Positions 13,746 through 26,700 of a DNA stretch of 51,527 nucleotides are shown here, piece after piece. The stretch is from Girardia tigrina (Eukaryota), in the NCBI GenBank assembly GCA_001938485.1, contig MQRK01171752.1, positions 39,449 through 90,975 on the forward strand, read 5' to 3'. Position 1 is the first letter of the stretch. Each line of letters begins with the position of its first letter. Below the pieces are notes generated by a model that was not told the DNA's origin, made no database searches, and worked only from the letters and a program-made list of their open reading frames with translations. Position numbers and translations under genes: made by a program.

Positions 13746-15549
13746 TATGGTATCCCTTATAAAATTTACTATATATTGATGCGAAATATAGAACATAAAT
13801 ATTTAGTACCAGTTTAAGAAAGAAATATTCGATTTGAGATTTCTATAAGCTTGTTATTGTTCTCAACCCGGACGAGATCCTTGAAGCATAATTTATGAAA
13901 CGTTAAGCATTAATTTATTAAATAATTTGGCCCATGGAAAAATCGTTATTTATAAATTAATGGTAAGACTGGTTGACAACAGGCAAAAATCAAGTATTCC
14001 AAATCGATCAAATGTCTTTGAGAGATGTCACAGAAATAATTATTGATTGAATTCAAGAAACCCAGTTTGATAATATTTCAATAATTATTAAGAGAGTCGA
14101 CGATGGCAATCTTCACTGGAGTCGGTGGCCAGTATCTCACAGACAGTGAATTAATCAACAAATATTCCAGAGTCACTAAAATAAATTTACTATTTAAAAA
14201 AAATTATTTTTGACAAATTCTATAATTATTTTTCTTTTTTTTTCAGTAGAATATTTCCTAGAAACGAATTTTAATTTATCTCAATGGAATGCACAATTAG
14301 AGAGCAATGTTGCCTAATACACGAGCCACAAATATAAAATAATTTAAATTCCTGTCTTCATTAATGAAATATAAAGTTATATATTTTGAAAATTATCGAT
14401 TAAAAAATTTAATAGAAAAAAATTAAACAAATCGAAATGAGATATTTGAAAAATTGATCTGTATGAAAGAAATGCAAACAATTGAGTAGGATCATTTTTA
14501 CAGATTGGTTTTAGAGTTCATTATTTAGATTGTTTATACGATCAATTAAATTATTATTTCTCTTTTTTAGTTAAATTGTTAAGATAAAATGGACAACGGA
14601 AAAATAAATTTATTAGGAGGAATTAAAAAAAATTATTTTTTCGTATTTAATTATCAGTTGATCTTAAAAAAGTTCGAGATTTGATTCTTGCTAAAATGTC
14701 AATTATTCAACGATGAGAAAATTATTTCTAAAAAATAAAATTTACATCATAATTAGTGTTATCACATTTTGCATCCTTTTTCATTTTCAAGATCAAAAGA
14801 TTAAGAATAATTCTAAAATTGAACATTTTTATTATATTACAAAAGTCAGGACTTTAAAAATGCAATGTTATTTAATTCCTAGAATATTGTCCTATTATCC
14901 CCTCTGATTTTAAAACACTTCTTCCAAATATACAGAATTCATTTATTTATGTCATAAAATACAAAATTATACAAAAAAATCAAAATCCAATAAATTTATT
15001 AAATTAAAGTGACTCAAAGTTACAACCTAATAGAACTTAAAATATTAAACTTCATATCATTGTCAGACCTCTACTGTTTGCTAAGTTTTGCAGCAATAAA
15101 TCAATGATACAGTATAGATAATCCAAAAATATAATAAATAAACCGTTTAGAATTTCAAAAAAATTGTCAACAGTTTTGCTATGATAATTAATAATACAAA
15201 GCCGATTATTTAAAACTATTTTACCGTATAAAAACATTTCATGCTATATTAGTGTGAGGGATAATTTGGAATGTTGTAAGTTTGTTGTTTGTATGCTGTT
15301 TAGATTTGTGACTCTCCTACTCAGATGGGATTGATATGTTTATTGAATGATTATTTGAACCTATTGATATTAATTTTAAATACTAATTAATTAAAGTTTT
15401 ATAATTATGAATTTTAATAATATTTTAGTAAACGATTTTAACTTATTAAATTTAATATATTTTAAAAATTAATGTTCCTTTAAAAATTACGTAATGCCTT
15501 TTCATCCAATAAAATTTAAGAAATTAAAAATTAAAATTTGAAAGCCAAT

Positions 15550-15609
15550 TGAAAATATTTATTAATTTCGACGGTTTAACCGTTATCGTCAGAACAAATG
15601 ATTTTTCAA
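15550..15609 (-). ncRNA. Minimal type I hammerhead ribozyme motif in pLTR
   Basis: CTGACGA-TAACGG-TTAAA-CCGTC-GAAA-TTAATA with palindromic stem III (ATTAAT) and stem I TTGAAAA/TTTTCAA; one stem II mismatch. Confidence 0.7.
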
Positions 15610-15667
15610 ACGAAATTTATTTATATAGTGCAGTTAATGTTTATGCAATCAATACGTAATCAGTACA

Positions 15668-16350
15668 TCATTTAAAAACTCTCAACAAAGTTGTAAAGAG
15701 TGCAGTTTGAACGTTAATTTTAGGATCCAAAGATCTAATATATAACGCTTCACATGTCACTCTCTCCCAATAATTTTTAAATTGAATACACAGAATTTTA
15801 AAGTGTTGTGAAGTTATATCTCCTTTACAATGTCTTCCATGTCCTGCAATGTTACTTCCACCTTCATTGCGACTGTGTTCTTGGATTCTCTTACAGAGAT
15901 GACGTGAAGTCTCTCCAATGTATGTGGCGTTACACCCATTACATGTATATTGGTAAATGAGATCCGAACACAATCCCAATGGCGTTGGAGATTTATTGCA
16001 GAACATGCTTTCAATTTTCTGGGTACGGGATATTACTTTTAAACTTATTACATTATCTAACGCTTTCAAAATAGAATTTTTAAATATTTTAAACCCCTCT
16101 GGATACGGCACAGTTAACACATAACCAATTCCCAAACCTTTATCATTAGTGTTGCAAGATTGCTCTTGATCTTGAACATCTAAAATTTTAGTATTACTTT
16201 TTTTGTCAATTAATTTATCAATAGTTTCCTTTGTTAATTTCTCCACTATTGATTTTGAATATCCGTTATCATATAATAATTTGTTTAATTTATTAAGGCT
16301 TTCATTACATCCTTTATATGTAGATGAAAGAGCCCATGATCGAAAAATAA
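15668..16350 (-). CDS. Penelope-like RT thumb plus GIY-YIG endonuclease fragment (no RT core, no native start)
   Basis: RSWALSS...LLYDNGYSKSIV (thumb), LTVPY, LIYQYTCNGCNATYIGETSRHLCKRIQEH, FKIL, CEALYIRSLDPKINVQ. Confidence 0.9.
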
Positions 16351-16368
16351 GAAAAAAAATTTTTTTTC

Positions 16369-16429
16369 TTGAAAAATCATTTGTTCTGACAATGACGGTT
16401 AAACAGTCGAAATTAATAAATATTTTCAA
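16369..16429 (+). ncRNA. Hammerhead motif in inverted pLTR copy (core mutated)
   Basis: CTGACAA-TGACGG-TTAAA-CAGTC-GAAA-TTAATA at 16386-16418. Confidence 0.6.
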
Positions 16430-17309
16430 TTGGCTTTCGAATTTTGATTTTAATCATTTGCCAATCTTATTTCAATTTATTCAAAATTAAAAATTAATAT
16501 TAAAATCTTTCCCATTCATTGTTTTTTTCAGATTTGAATACTTAAACAAAAAACTATATCAATCAAAGAAAGATGACCTCTGAAAATTGTTGTGAAAAAT
16601 CTGTTTGAGTTGTCAATAAATGTTTACATTCAAATTCTGATGTTGTTAATAATTAGAATGAAAGTTCCATTCATTTACCTTATAAAGAAGTGAATGTAGA
16701 AGCAAGAATAATACGATTTACTTGAAATGAGAATAAACATTAGAAAATATACATGAAGATGAAGATAGGCTTTCTCCGAGATAGGCCGTTGATATAAATA
16801 AAAAGAAAGAAAATTAATCTTTGATGTAAAAAGATTATACGAATTAGAACAGAAAACCGCATCTACTCGAATTATTGATAAAGTAATTAATGAGAAACAA
16901 CCTACAAGTTCTAAACTTGAATATCGTTTTACAAAATGAAAATAAAATTTTATATATAAAATTAATTTTCCTTCGAAAATGTCATTGAATGTTAGTTTTT
17001 TCTTAAAAGAAAATACTGAATATGAAATTGAATTGAAGAAGCAATTATTTAGTTTTAATCACTGAAAAATAAAAAAATATTCTCTCATTAAATTTTAACA
17101 ATTTTCTTTCATATACATATTTATTTTAACATTTATAAAAATATCAATAAAAATATTCTAATAATTCTTGCATTCTTTCATATGTACTCAATAATAGCTT
17201 ACAAACTAATTAAAATAAAAATCATTAGACCGAAGTGTTTTATATTTTTCAGCATTTCCCCTATATAATACAAAGAAATATAAAAAAGTCATTTAGATTC
17301 CATCAATGT

Positions 17310-17336
17310 TATATATATATATATATATATATATAT
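17310..17336. repeat. (TA)n microsatellite
   Basis: Direct inspection. Confidence 0.95.
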
Positions 17337-17961
17337 TTGAAAATTATTTTGTTAAATCTTTTTTAAGATATTGATTATTGAACATCTTTGCAAGAATATA
17401 GGTAGTGTCAAAGTGGTTCCGATTATATCCAACGTTCAAAATTTTCTCTAAAATAAATCGAAAACGATTTATGGATTGTAAGCTAATGTGGTTTTTAAAT
17501 TTATTGTTACTGGGGGACCGAAGAGAACTAGTAAGTGGAATGCTAACGACCCCGTAGGAGGCCTATCGGGGGACAGGTAGATTCTTTAGTTGGGTGGACC
17601 CTCTAAAGAGCCTACAGCTCAATACCATTCGAAAGAGATTGGAGGCCCACGTTGGAGAGATCAAGGATCTCTGAGTGTAAGGCCAGATTGGACGTACCTT
17701 CGCGCGGTATCCATAGGAAACTTGAGTTCTCTTCTCTAGGCTAAAGCGTCCTGAGTTGAGCCAATGGCTTGTCTGAAAGGTTGGCAGCCGATGTATCGAT
17801 ATTTGACTAGCAAACCAATATCTTGAAGGCCCAGCTTCAAAAACTGAGTTTCGTGGCTGTGGGGAGTAGTGACCCTGCAGTCGCGTGGTCGATTGAATCG
17901 CAATGATCCAAGATTTCTAATCTTGATGAGGGGTGTAGGGAAGCCGGTTTGCCGGTGGAGC

Positions 17962-18266
17962 TTAGGCATGTGAATTCACGCATGGGGGGGTGTCTTTTGA
18001 TGCCATATGCGTTTCAGAGCTCCTAAAAAGCCTCAGGCTTAATATCTTATAGGATGTGAGGATAACGTTGGAGAGATAAATCGTCATCGCAAAACCCTGA
18101 TTGTGAGCATTCAAATTGAATATCGAAAAAGGTTCTTGATCATTGATTACATTGTAAAAATATAATCTCTTCTGTTTCAAAGGATGAATTTTCTGTTTTA
18201 CCGAAGGGCTTTGATTCACATTATGAGACACAGTTCTATGGATCATTATTGACAAGACACTAAAAC
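17962..18266 (-). CDS. Possible STOX exon 5 (unverified)
   Basis: Acceptor CTTTGTTAATAG|GT TTT is phase-compatible with the 20346 donor and opens 101 codons (track ORF 17962..18276). No family motif recognised, and the distal half overlaps a GC-rich, probably TE-derived island. Confidence 0.25.
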
Positions 18267-18665
18267 CTATTAACAAAGTAAAGCCGTTTCAAATCTTAAA
18301 AATTTTTAGTTGAATTTCAAAACGTTTTGACATTATTATCCAATAATATGTTAAATAATTAAAACAAATCAAAAAGCCATTAACTAACTTGTTTAAAACT
18401 AACAAATATTAAATTATAATTTCTGATGATGTAGTATGAAATTCTGAAATATGTTCAATAATCAATTTCTCTAGAAAGCTTATACAAAATGATTTTTTAT
18501 TATATATTGTGATTATTATCTTTTTATTAGTCTTGTGATCGCTAATGTGATATTTTTGAAAAATAATTTTGTTATAGCTTTTTGGAGAAATTGATTATTG
18601 AACACCCTCCGGAATTTCTTATTTCATATTAACCATGACAATTCAGATCAAAACAAGGTAATATA

Positions 18666-19934
18666 TTAGGTTGAGGAATAAGTTCCCACCGTTTTTTGAA
18701 TTTTTAATCAATTTAATATTTAAATCAAATTTTTTGATGTAATGTTATATGTTATTTGAAAGCTATTGTTTTGCTCTAAAAAAATGGTGTATTTTGTTTT
18801 TTTATTCAAATTAATTTTTGTCGATTTTTAGACCATTGAAATGGAGTGTCAAGTCGACAAAAATGAGCATTTCCGACACGATCTATTGTTTGAGTATAAT
18901 CGAGGCGCCAAAGACGCAGACGCTGCTCGAGAGCTTTGTGCTCTATACGGAGAGGGTGCTATAGCTGATAGAACCGCTCGTGATTGGTTCGCAACATTTA
19001 AAATTGGCAATTTTGACCTCAAGGATGCACCTTGTTCAGGACGACCAAATGAATTCGATGAAGAGCGTTTGAACAACCTTTTGCATGAAGACGCGCGTCA
19101 AACTACTCGAGAATTGGCGGAACAAATGGATTGTGATCAAAAAACTGTCGTGAACCACCTGAAATCAATGGGAAAAGTTCAAAAAATGGGAGCTTGGGTC
19201 CCACATCTTTTGACAAAAAAACAACAAAAACCAGCGATCCACAATTTCGGCGAGTTTACTTGCCCGTCATCGCTCTACTCACGGTCATAAGCAACAATTT
19301 CTTTATCGAATTGTAACGGGTGATGAAAAATGGTGCCTGTACGTCAATATGAAACAGCGCAAAGAATGGCGTAGCCGAGAAGAACAATCGACACCGCGAG
19401 CAAAACAGGATCTTCATCCACGAAAGACAATGCTTTGCGTTTGGTGGGGTTGAGAATGGAAACCAAACAGTGAACGCAGAACTATGTTCAACAGCTGCAT
19501 AGACTCAACGCCGCTATAAGACAAAAATATCCGGATCGACAACATGGCGTTATTTTGCAATACGACAATGCACGTCCTCATATTGCCAGAATGACAAAAG
19601 AAGCAATTCAAACGCTTGGTTGGGAAGTGTTACCGCACCCTCCGTATTCACCTGACTTGGCTCCATCTGATTTTCATCTTTTCCGTTCGCTTCTAACGCT
19701 TTGCGTGGTGTTTCGTTCAACAATAATGAAGAACTGAAAGTTTGGTTGGCTGAATTCTTCGAGTCAAGACCGCGCGATTTCTACCAAAGAGGCATTGAAA
19801 AACTCGTTGAACGTGGGGAAGAAGTCGTGAATAATGGCGGAGATTATATTTGTGATTAATTTGTAGTAACTTTTTTGTTAAAAAATAAAATTTTAATTTT
19901 TCAAAAAACGGCGGAAACTTATTCCTAAACCCAA
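18666..19934 (+). mobile_element. Near full-length mariner (DD34D, capitata-like), inactivated
   Basis: TA-flanked ~34-bp TIRs TTAGGTTGAGGAATAAGTTCCCACCGTTTTTTGA / TCAAAAAACGGCGGAAACTTATTCCTAAACCCAA; 1269 bp. Confidence 0.96.
18841..19859 (+). pseudogene. Mariner transposase pseudogene
   Basis: MECQVDKNEHFRH...WVPHLL, IVTGDEKW, LQYDNARPH, YSPDLAPSDFHLF, ending GDYICD*. Frameshifts at ~19220 and ~19695 and an internal deletion at ~19455. Confidence 0.95.
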
Positions 19935-20287
19935 TACTTCATACGTGTTACTCTCGAAATTATTTCTTGACATTGCTATCTATCCTTATCAGACAAAATA
20001 AGCTTCTTTGAAAGACCGTTACGGAAAATATGATCATTTGAGTATATAATTCAGTATATAAAGCTACTTTGGCAGATTTTGCAACAACTAAATCGATTTT
20101 CAATTATATTTTTTATAGGTGAAATGGTAGAAAAGAGACAAACTTTTACGAGAGAGATTATATAAACATACATTTATGGTTTTATTAGTGAATAATAGGG
20201 TCTTGAACAGATGTTAATAACCATTAGTAGAGCAGATCAATCAAGTTAAATTTTCAACGTCTATAAGTTTACATAATACATTTTATA

Positions 20288-20787
20288 TTAATTTATGAGC
20301 ATCAAAATCCTTTCTTGAATAGGAAATATTCGAATAATATTCTTACCGTATTTGACGCAGCTAGGTCGTTTTAATAAATCCTTTTTCTGAATATTTGAAC
20401 AGAGCATTCTCGACTTGTTTAAACTGGAATCAGTGGGAATAATTCTAATCTCCCGATTATTGTTTTCTGAATCTAAACAGTGCAGTCGATATCGATCAGC
20501 CGGTTGCTGACAGCGGCTATCTTTTGCTGTCGATTTGAGATCGGCAATCGGTTGACTGTAGTATTTGTTACCGCGCAAGTCGTAGCAAGACAGACAATCC
20601 TCAGTGTTCTCAGAATGCTCCCGGTTGACGACAAATCGATTGGATGACTTTGAGTCAGAAATAATTGTCTGTATCTGTCGTTTGTCTTCATAATCAGATC
20701 CACTTGCCACCATTCTCACATCCGGCAGTTCACCGAGCCATTTAGCAACACGCAATTTGTCTGCTGTCATTACATTATATCCGTGCC
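20288..20787 (-). CDS. STOX: STOX coding exon 4 (end of wing plus low-complexity tail); ends either at TAA 20288 or at donor 20347/20346
   Basis: Acceptor GTTTTTAG|GG CAC GGA TAT completes NTG-HGYNVMT (cf. HTG-EGYFIVT); within track ORF 20288..20803; strong internal donor TACG|GTAAGA. Confidence 0.85.
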
Positions 20788-23700
20788 CTAAAAACCGTCT
20801 CAAATTATCAACTAGATTTAAATTGAAAAAATAAAATATATAACAATTTTATGAGAATTTAGTTTTAGTTTTAATTGATGAACTTTTACTCACAATCAGT
20901 TATCTTTTAATTTTGTAAAATTACAATTGCATCTCCGGTCACATGAAAAATGGAAGCGTATGGAAGAACAAAATTATTCGAAAATTATGATCTAAATATA
21001 TAAAAATAGATTTTTTATTATAAATTTATGACTTTCGATCTCATTATTCCATGCATCATTGGTAGTAAATCCTGTTAACTAATTACGAAAGAATATATCC
21101 ATAGCTTAGTTAAAGAGCCTCGATACTTATCTTTAAAAATGTAATTAGCAAAAGATTTTATTTAAAATGTTTTTCATGTCTTTTTTAATAAATAATGTAG
21201 ACTATCAAATCTTAAGATATACTTCCAGTATAACTTTGTCATCCAAAATATATAATTTATAAAGCAATATATAAGGGAGCACTTTCAATAATTTTAATTT
21301 AAATGGTTGTTATGAAACTTATTAAGTTGTGCAGTCTTCTAGTCTGTGAGATGAACCAGGAAGACGTTCCATTATTTAAATCTTGCCACAAATCATCTCA
21401 TAATCACAAACTATTTCTTAAACCACTTTAATTAAGCAATAAATTATTTAATTGTTCAACATTTGGAATTCAAGACTATTTTTTATTTGTACCGCATTTA
21501 ATAAAATCCATTATCATCTTGATTTTTAATGGAATTGATTAAAGATTATTTTCTTAACAATATTAATTTTGATTTATTAATTAAATTTTTTAATCAGATA
21601 TTTAATTATTAAAGAAAACCGAAGATTATGATAAATGTGGTAATTTGTGCACTTGAGAACTATTTAAAATATGGAAAGGTACAATAAATATTTGGAAAAT
21701 ATACAACTCACATTATTGAATATTCTATATTTTTATTAATATCATAATTAATTTAGTTCAAAAAACATAAACAAATTAACATAAAAATAATAATTTATTA
21801 ATAAATAACGTATTAATAAATATTTAATTATATAATTTCATTATATGAAGCCAATATGATATTAATAAATATTAAAAAAATATCATTTAGTGAAAATAGC
21901 ATCGGAGGCAGAGTTCAAAGTACAGTGTAATAAATTAATAATTGAAAGGAGTTCATATAATCAAATAAATAAAAAACAAATATATATATAATCAATCGAT
22001 ACACGGTTATCATCATTTGGCCCATCGTTTAGTAAAGTAAGGCGGTCGGCCATGAACTGTGGCGATGCATGAAGTGCAGCACTGTTCTCACACACCAACA
22101 GTCGCTATTCCTCCCCCCCTTCCGCATGTGATTTGTCGTCAGATACGATAATCGAGGGGAGAACTGAGAATCGCAGAACTGCACTAGAGCTTGCAGTTTC
22201 CTGTCTCGTGACGATGGACTGCCGCTTACTCAACGAGACTCTGAAGCATTAATCACTAACATATTATTGTTCTTATTACTACAACTGCACTACATTTTCT
22301 TCTAAACTTTTACACTAATAATTAACAAAACTAAAAAATTATAAATAGTTTTGTATTTCAATCTAATTTTAATTACTTGAAATTAGATGGATAGAAAATT
22401 TTTATTATTTCCATTTTCTAATTAATTTAGTTTAAAATAAAAAATAAAATGTGATGGCATATATTCAAAGACTCGACTGATACTGGACAGTTACAATAGA
22501 ACATTGGAACGTGTAGATCTTGCCAATGGCAAATATTACTGTGTTTTGTCAAATAAATTTTCTTAAACTGATGAGGGACTCATAAATCGAGTTTCTTAGC
22601 ATATCCAAGCTGTTTAAATGTTTTTGAATGGATATATACAATAGATTGAGGTTCTCCACAATCTCACTTGCTCTAATATAACGATTTGAATCGATATTAG
22701 TTGATTTTATCGGAATCTCTAGAACCGAGTGCCTGCTTACTGACAGATATCAAAAAATCGATTCCTGGTACTCACTATGAGACATCTGATCAAAGATTCA
22801 TCAATTTAATGCTCTCCAACGATCTTGTTTCATTTGTTTACGAACATTTTCAATGTCTCGGACAAATCTTGACTGAACCTACTATTGATTGGTATAACGG
22901 GGGTGCTGACGCATTTCAAGATCCCATTGTGCCCGCCCGATAATCGAATCGGCTGACATGAGGACTTCGGCGGCTTGAATTGTGTCTCTCAAATTGAGCC
23001 TCGCAAGTGCCTTGTGGATGAAAGCGATATTTTCAGATCGATTTTTGATCGGATTACGGAGATGCTTGCTCAATGCGAGCACTAACATAAAATGCATTTT
23101 TAATTCAATATTAAAAACAAATTTGAACTAATGATTGACAAAAGTCTGATCCAAGATAGAAATCCGGAACTGTTTACTGTATTTCTCTAGCGAGCTTAAG
23201 GAACAAAAATAACTAATTCGGTTAGAGGAACTTGAAAGAATGCAAGGCTTCAAAATAGAAGATCTCCAAGAGAATTAGAAAGTATTTTAACAATCACAAG
23301 GGAACTATCCTTAAAAACTCTTCGACTTCTGAACTTTTCGTGTTTCTAATTAGTTTTTTCTTGACAAATTGATTATTTGTTTCTCGGATTTAACATATTT
23401 AAATTAAACTGATTATAGATTATTCATAGAAAATTTAACAAGTAGAGCTAAAAGCCGTTATTTTTAAAGATACACTAACAAGTATTTTAAAAACTCAATA
23501 TTTTTTTCAGTGTTTTATCTGCTAATTTTTAGACTTCTTAATAAATGAATATTTATAAATAATTTACAAATTAAATTCCAAAACACATTTCAGTTCATCG
23601 AAAGAAAATCTCTTCGAAAATATTGAAATAAGTTTAGAAAAATGAATGACAATTAAAATAAATTACTTTTAAAGTTGACTTTTATTAATGCGTTTAAACT

Positions 23701-26700
23701 GAATGGAAGAAATTGAATTTTATTACTAAATTTATAAAATCCAAATAATAAAATGCCAAATTTCAGTTGATAAAAATAATTTGACAAAAAATTATAATTA
23801 AGCATAATTAAATAATAATGTATATAATATTTTATAATGAAAATAACACATAATAATTATATAATTCTTAATAATATTTGATTTCTATTATCCATTTAAT
23901 GTAAATATGTTATAAACGATACACAAATAAATAATTTGAGAAGTAATTTCGTTCACAAAATGGTCGCAGATTCCCATAAAACCTAAAAGAACGGTCATTT
24001 ATAAATTATAATCAATGGAAGTTGTAATTATAAATTGCGAGAATATTCAATAATTAATTTATGCTAAAAACTCTAGGAAAACAATTAGCATAAAGCAATT
24101 ATGATTACTAATGGCGGTTTATGGATGCCGAATGTTATCTAACCGGCGCTTCTATAAAGTCTCTGCTGTTATTATAATAATAATTATTATTATTGTTATT
24201 ATATTTAATATAACTTGTTAATTTAGATTTAAATAATATTCTACGCAGATCAAAACAAAAACTTATTAATATGTTATAAATAAATATTAACATTATTAAA
24301 TAGTTTTAAATGCAATGTTTTTATTTTGACATGAGCATGGTGCAAAAGGCAGAAACGATTGACTAAATATTCGAGTTTCCAGGTCTAATATACGGTTTTT
24401 GAAGGTTTTGAAGTTAAATTGTTGAGGAGTTGACAGTATGGCCCCATATAACATGGATTTTAATATACTGCAACTCTTTTTATTTAGTTGTTTCTATATA
24501 AATCTCATAAAACTCTGACAACTTCATGTGATACTTTCGTCTAATTTTCAGCTTTTAGACTTTTTACAATGTATGAGAGCAAAACAATTCCTTAAGAGCC
24601 GCATTTGTGTGTCAATTAAGTTTTAATTGAAAGTTTTAATCAAAATTGATAAATGAAAAGAAATATTTTGTTCGAATTTTCAAAAAAATATTTGTTTAGA
24701 ATAAATCTAGATTTTCACACCCCATGCCACTGTTTTTCAGGTTTTTTCCGAAAAATTTTTGTTGATGTGTTTGAATTTTTTATCATTTGGATAGGTGGAA
24801 TAATGCAACGAAATATGATCTATAAATTCCTTAAATAACACATTAGGATGTCAAAGGACCTTATTTTTCAAAACCGAAAACAATACGGGTACACATTTGT
24901 CATATATTTCCCAGTTAAATAATCTATTCTAATTAAAAACGATCAATTAAATAAAAATACTTAAAATATATTAATAGAAGTTAGTAATTTTTAGTTATAT
25001 CGGTAATCGTAAAATATTTTTAAAATATGAAACCGAAGAACGGATTATCTCTGTTCGGTGTTAAATTTCTAAGATAATTCTTTAAGTGATTTTCCCCCAC
25101 AAAAAGAAAAAGATAAATTTCTGATAAACTGAAATAAATTTTAAATATTTATAAGAATAATTAAATTAGATCGAAACGATTTATTCATTTCCCATTAATA
25201 TAATTTAGAATTTCAGAAAAAACAATTTGTTTTTTTTATATTTTGTAATAATTAGTTTCTGTTTATCTTAAAATACATTATTAAATTATATAAATATGCA
25301 ACGGATGGTTCTAAAAGTTATTTTCTATATTTGTATAACATAGAGGTTAAGTTAATGAACAAGAAATAAATGTGATATTTTATATCTACAATGTGCTTTT
25401 TTATACTTAATTTCTGGGGGAAGACTTTGGGATATATAATCGGTAATCCCAGAGAAAAAAGATTATGTTTGTATGTTATCCAAACCTTAGTATTGAACCT
25501 GTTGCGTCCGATTTTTCAACTTAGTATTAGGAAAACATTTTTAATGAGATCAGTTAACATATTTTACATTCTTTATGTTTCTTATCTGTTTGTAACAGGT
25601 GATAGCAAATTTTTAAAGAAAATTAACAATAAACATCAAGAAAATCTCCGGAATAACAAATTAATGAGAATTCATCTTAAAAAAGTTTATTGTAAGTATA
25701 AACATACAAGATGTGCAGTTCAAAAGTCAAATCAAAGGTTTTTGTTGTCATTAGTCAATTGAATTAGAATAAACTATAAACTATAAGCAAATTCTAATAT
25801 GTATTGTAATTGTTAAATATTGTCAAAGACCCAATATGCGCTGCCTCACTATTAGAAAAAAGAAATCAGAGGTTTTCAAGTCTTCCTGAAACATATTTAG
25901 AAAAATTTGATTATTTTAAAAATTTAATTCTAAAATAAGAATTCTATCAGTTATTTATAGACAACATCAATACAGGGTTTTCCATTCAGTTTTGACAATT
26001 TATGAAATGAGTTTTGACAAATTATAAAGCTTTTAATACATTTAAATTTTTTTTAATTTGGATATTTAATGAAATATAAAAGATTTTTAAACTTTTGTTA
26101 GTCAAATTATTTAAAAACTGTTCTTGTACGAAATTAAATGTTATTCATTTACTGAATTATATGGTGATATGGACAAAGATGTTTCAAAAGTAGGAATAAA
26201 AATATGGGTTTCCTGAAACAAAACTAATAAAATTCATTCATGCTTCGGTTTCATTTTCAATTGTTTTTTTTACATAAAATACATTTTTGAATAAATCTAA
26301 ATGTTAATGATTATTCATTATAGGTCGATTTTTAAAAAAAAATAAAAGTATAACTCTATTTAGCACAACGAAAACATATAAATATTGTTTAAAATAACTG
26401 TTTAAAAGCAAAATTCTATTAAATTATAAATTAAGCTCTTTTTCACAATCATATTTCCATATAAATCGAATTAAGATCTAAGTTAGCTATTCATTGTGAG
26501 TTATATAGAATAAAACGTAAATGTTTTTCATAACAGAGTTCGTCGGGCAATTTTCTTATTCTTTACATTCGTTTTTTCCCGCCTATTTGACAGGAAATAA
26601 AATTATTCGATTCAAAGTTTTTTTTAGTAGAATTGCCGGATAGTTCAACTAGGACCCATCTATTTTGCGTTTTGACATTATTAAAACTGAATGAAAAATT

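Larger units (their letters stand above)
15522..16454 (-). mobile_element. 5'-truncated Penelope-like retroelement flanked by inverted pseudo-LTRs
   Basis: ~85-bp inverted repeats 15522-15609 / 16369-16454, each with a hammerhead motif, enclosing a thumb plus GIY-YIG ORF. Confidence 0.92.

Noticed and set aside
16350-16429. N-terminus (MKIFINFDCL...) of the 253-aa track ORF
   Set aside because: It is fortuitous read-through of the inverted pLTR, not Penelope protein.
20893-20992. AG/GTGAGT-bounded segment as an extra STOX exon
   Set aside because: It has stops in all three frames, and exon 3 joins exon 4 directly to complete the domain motif.
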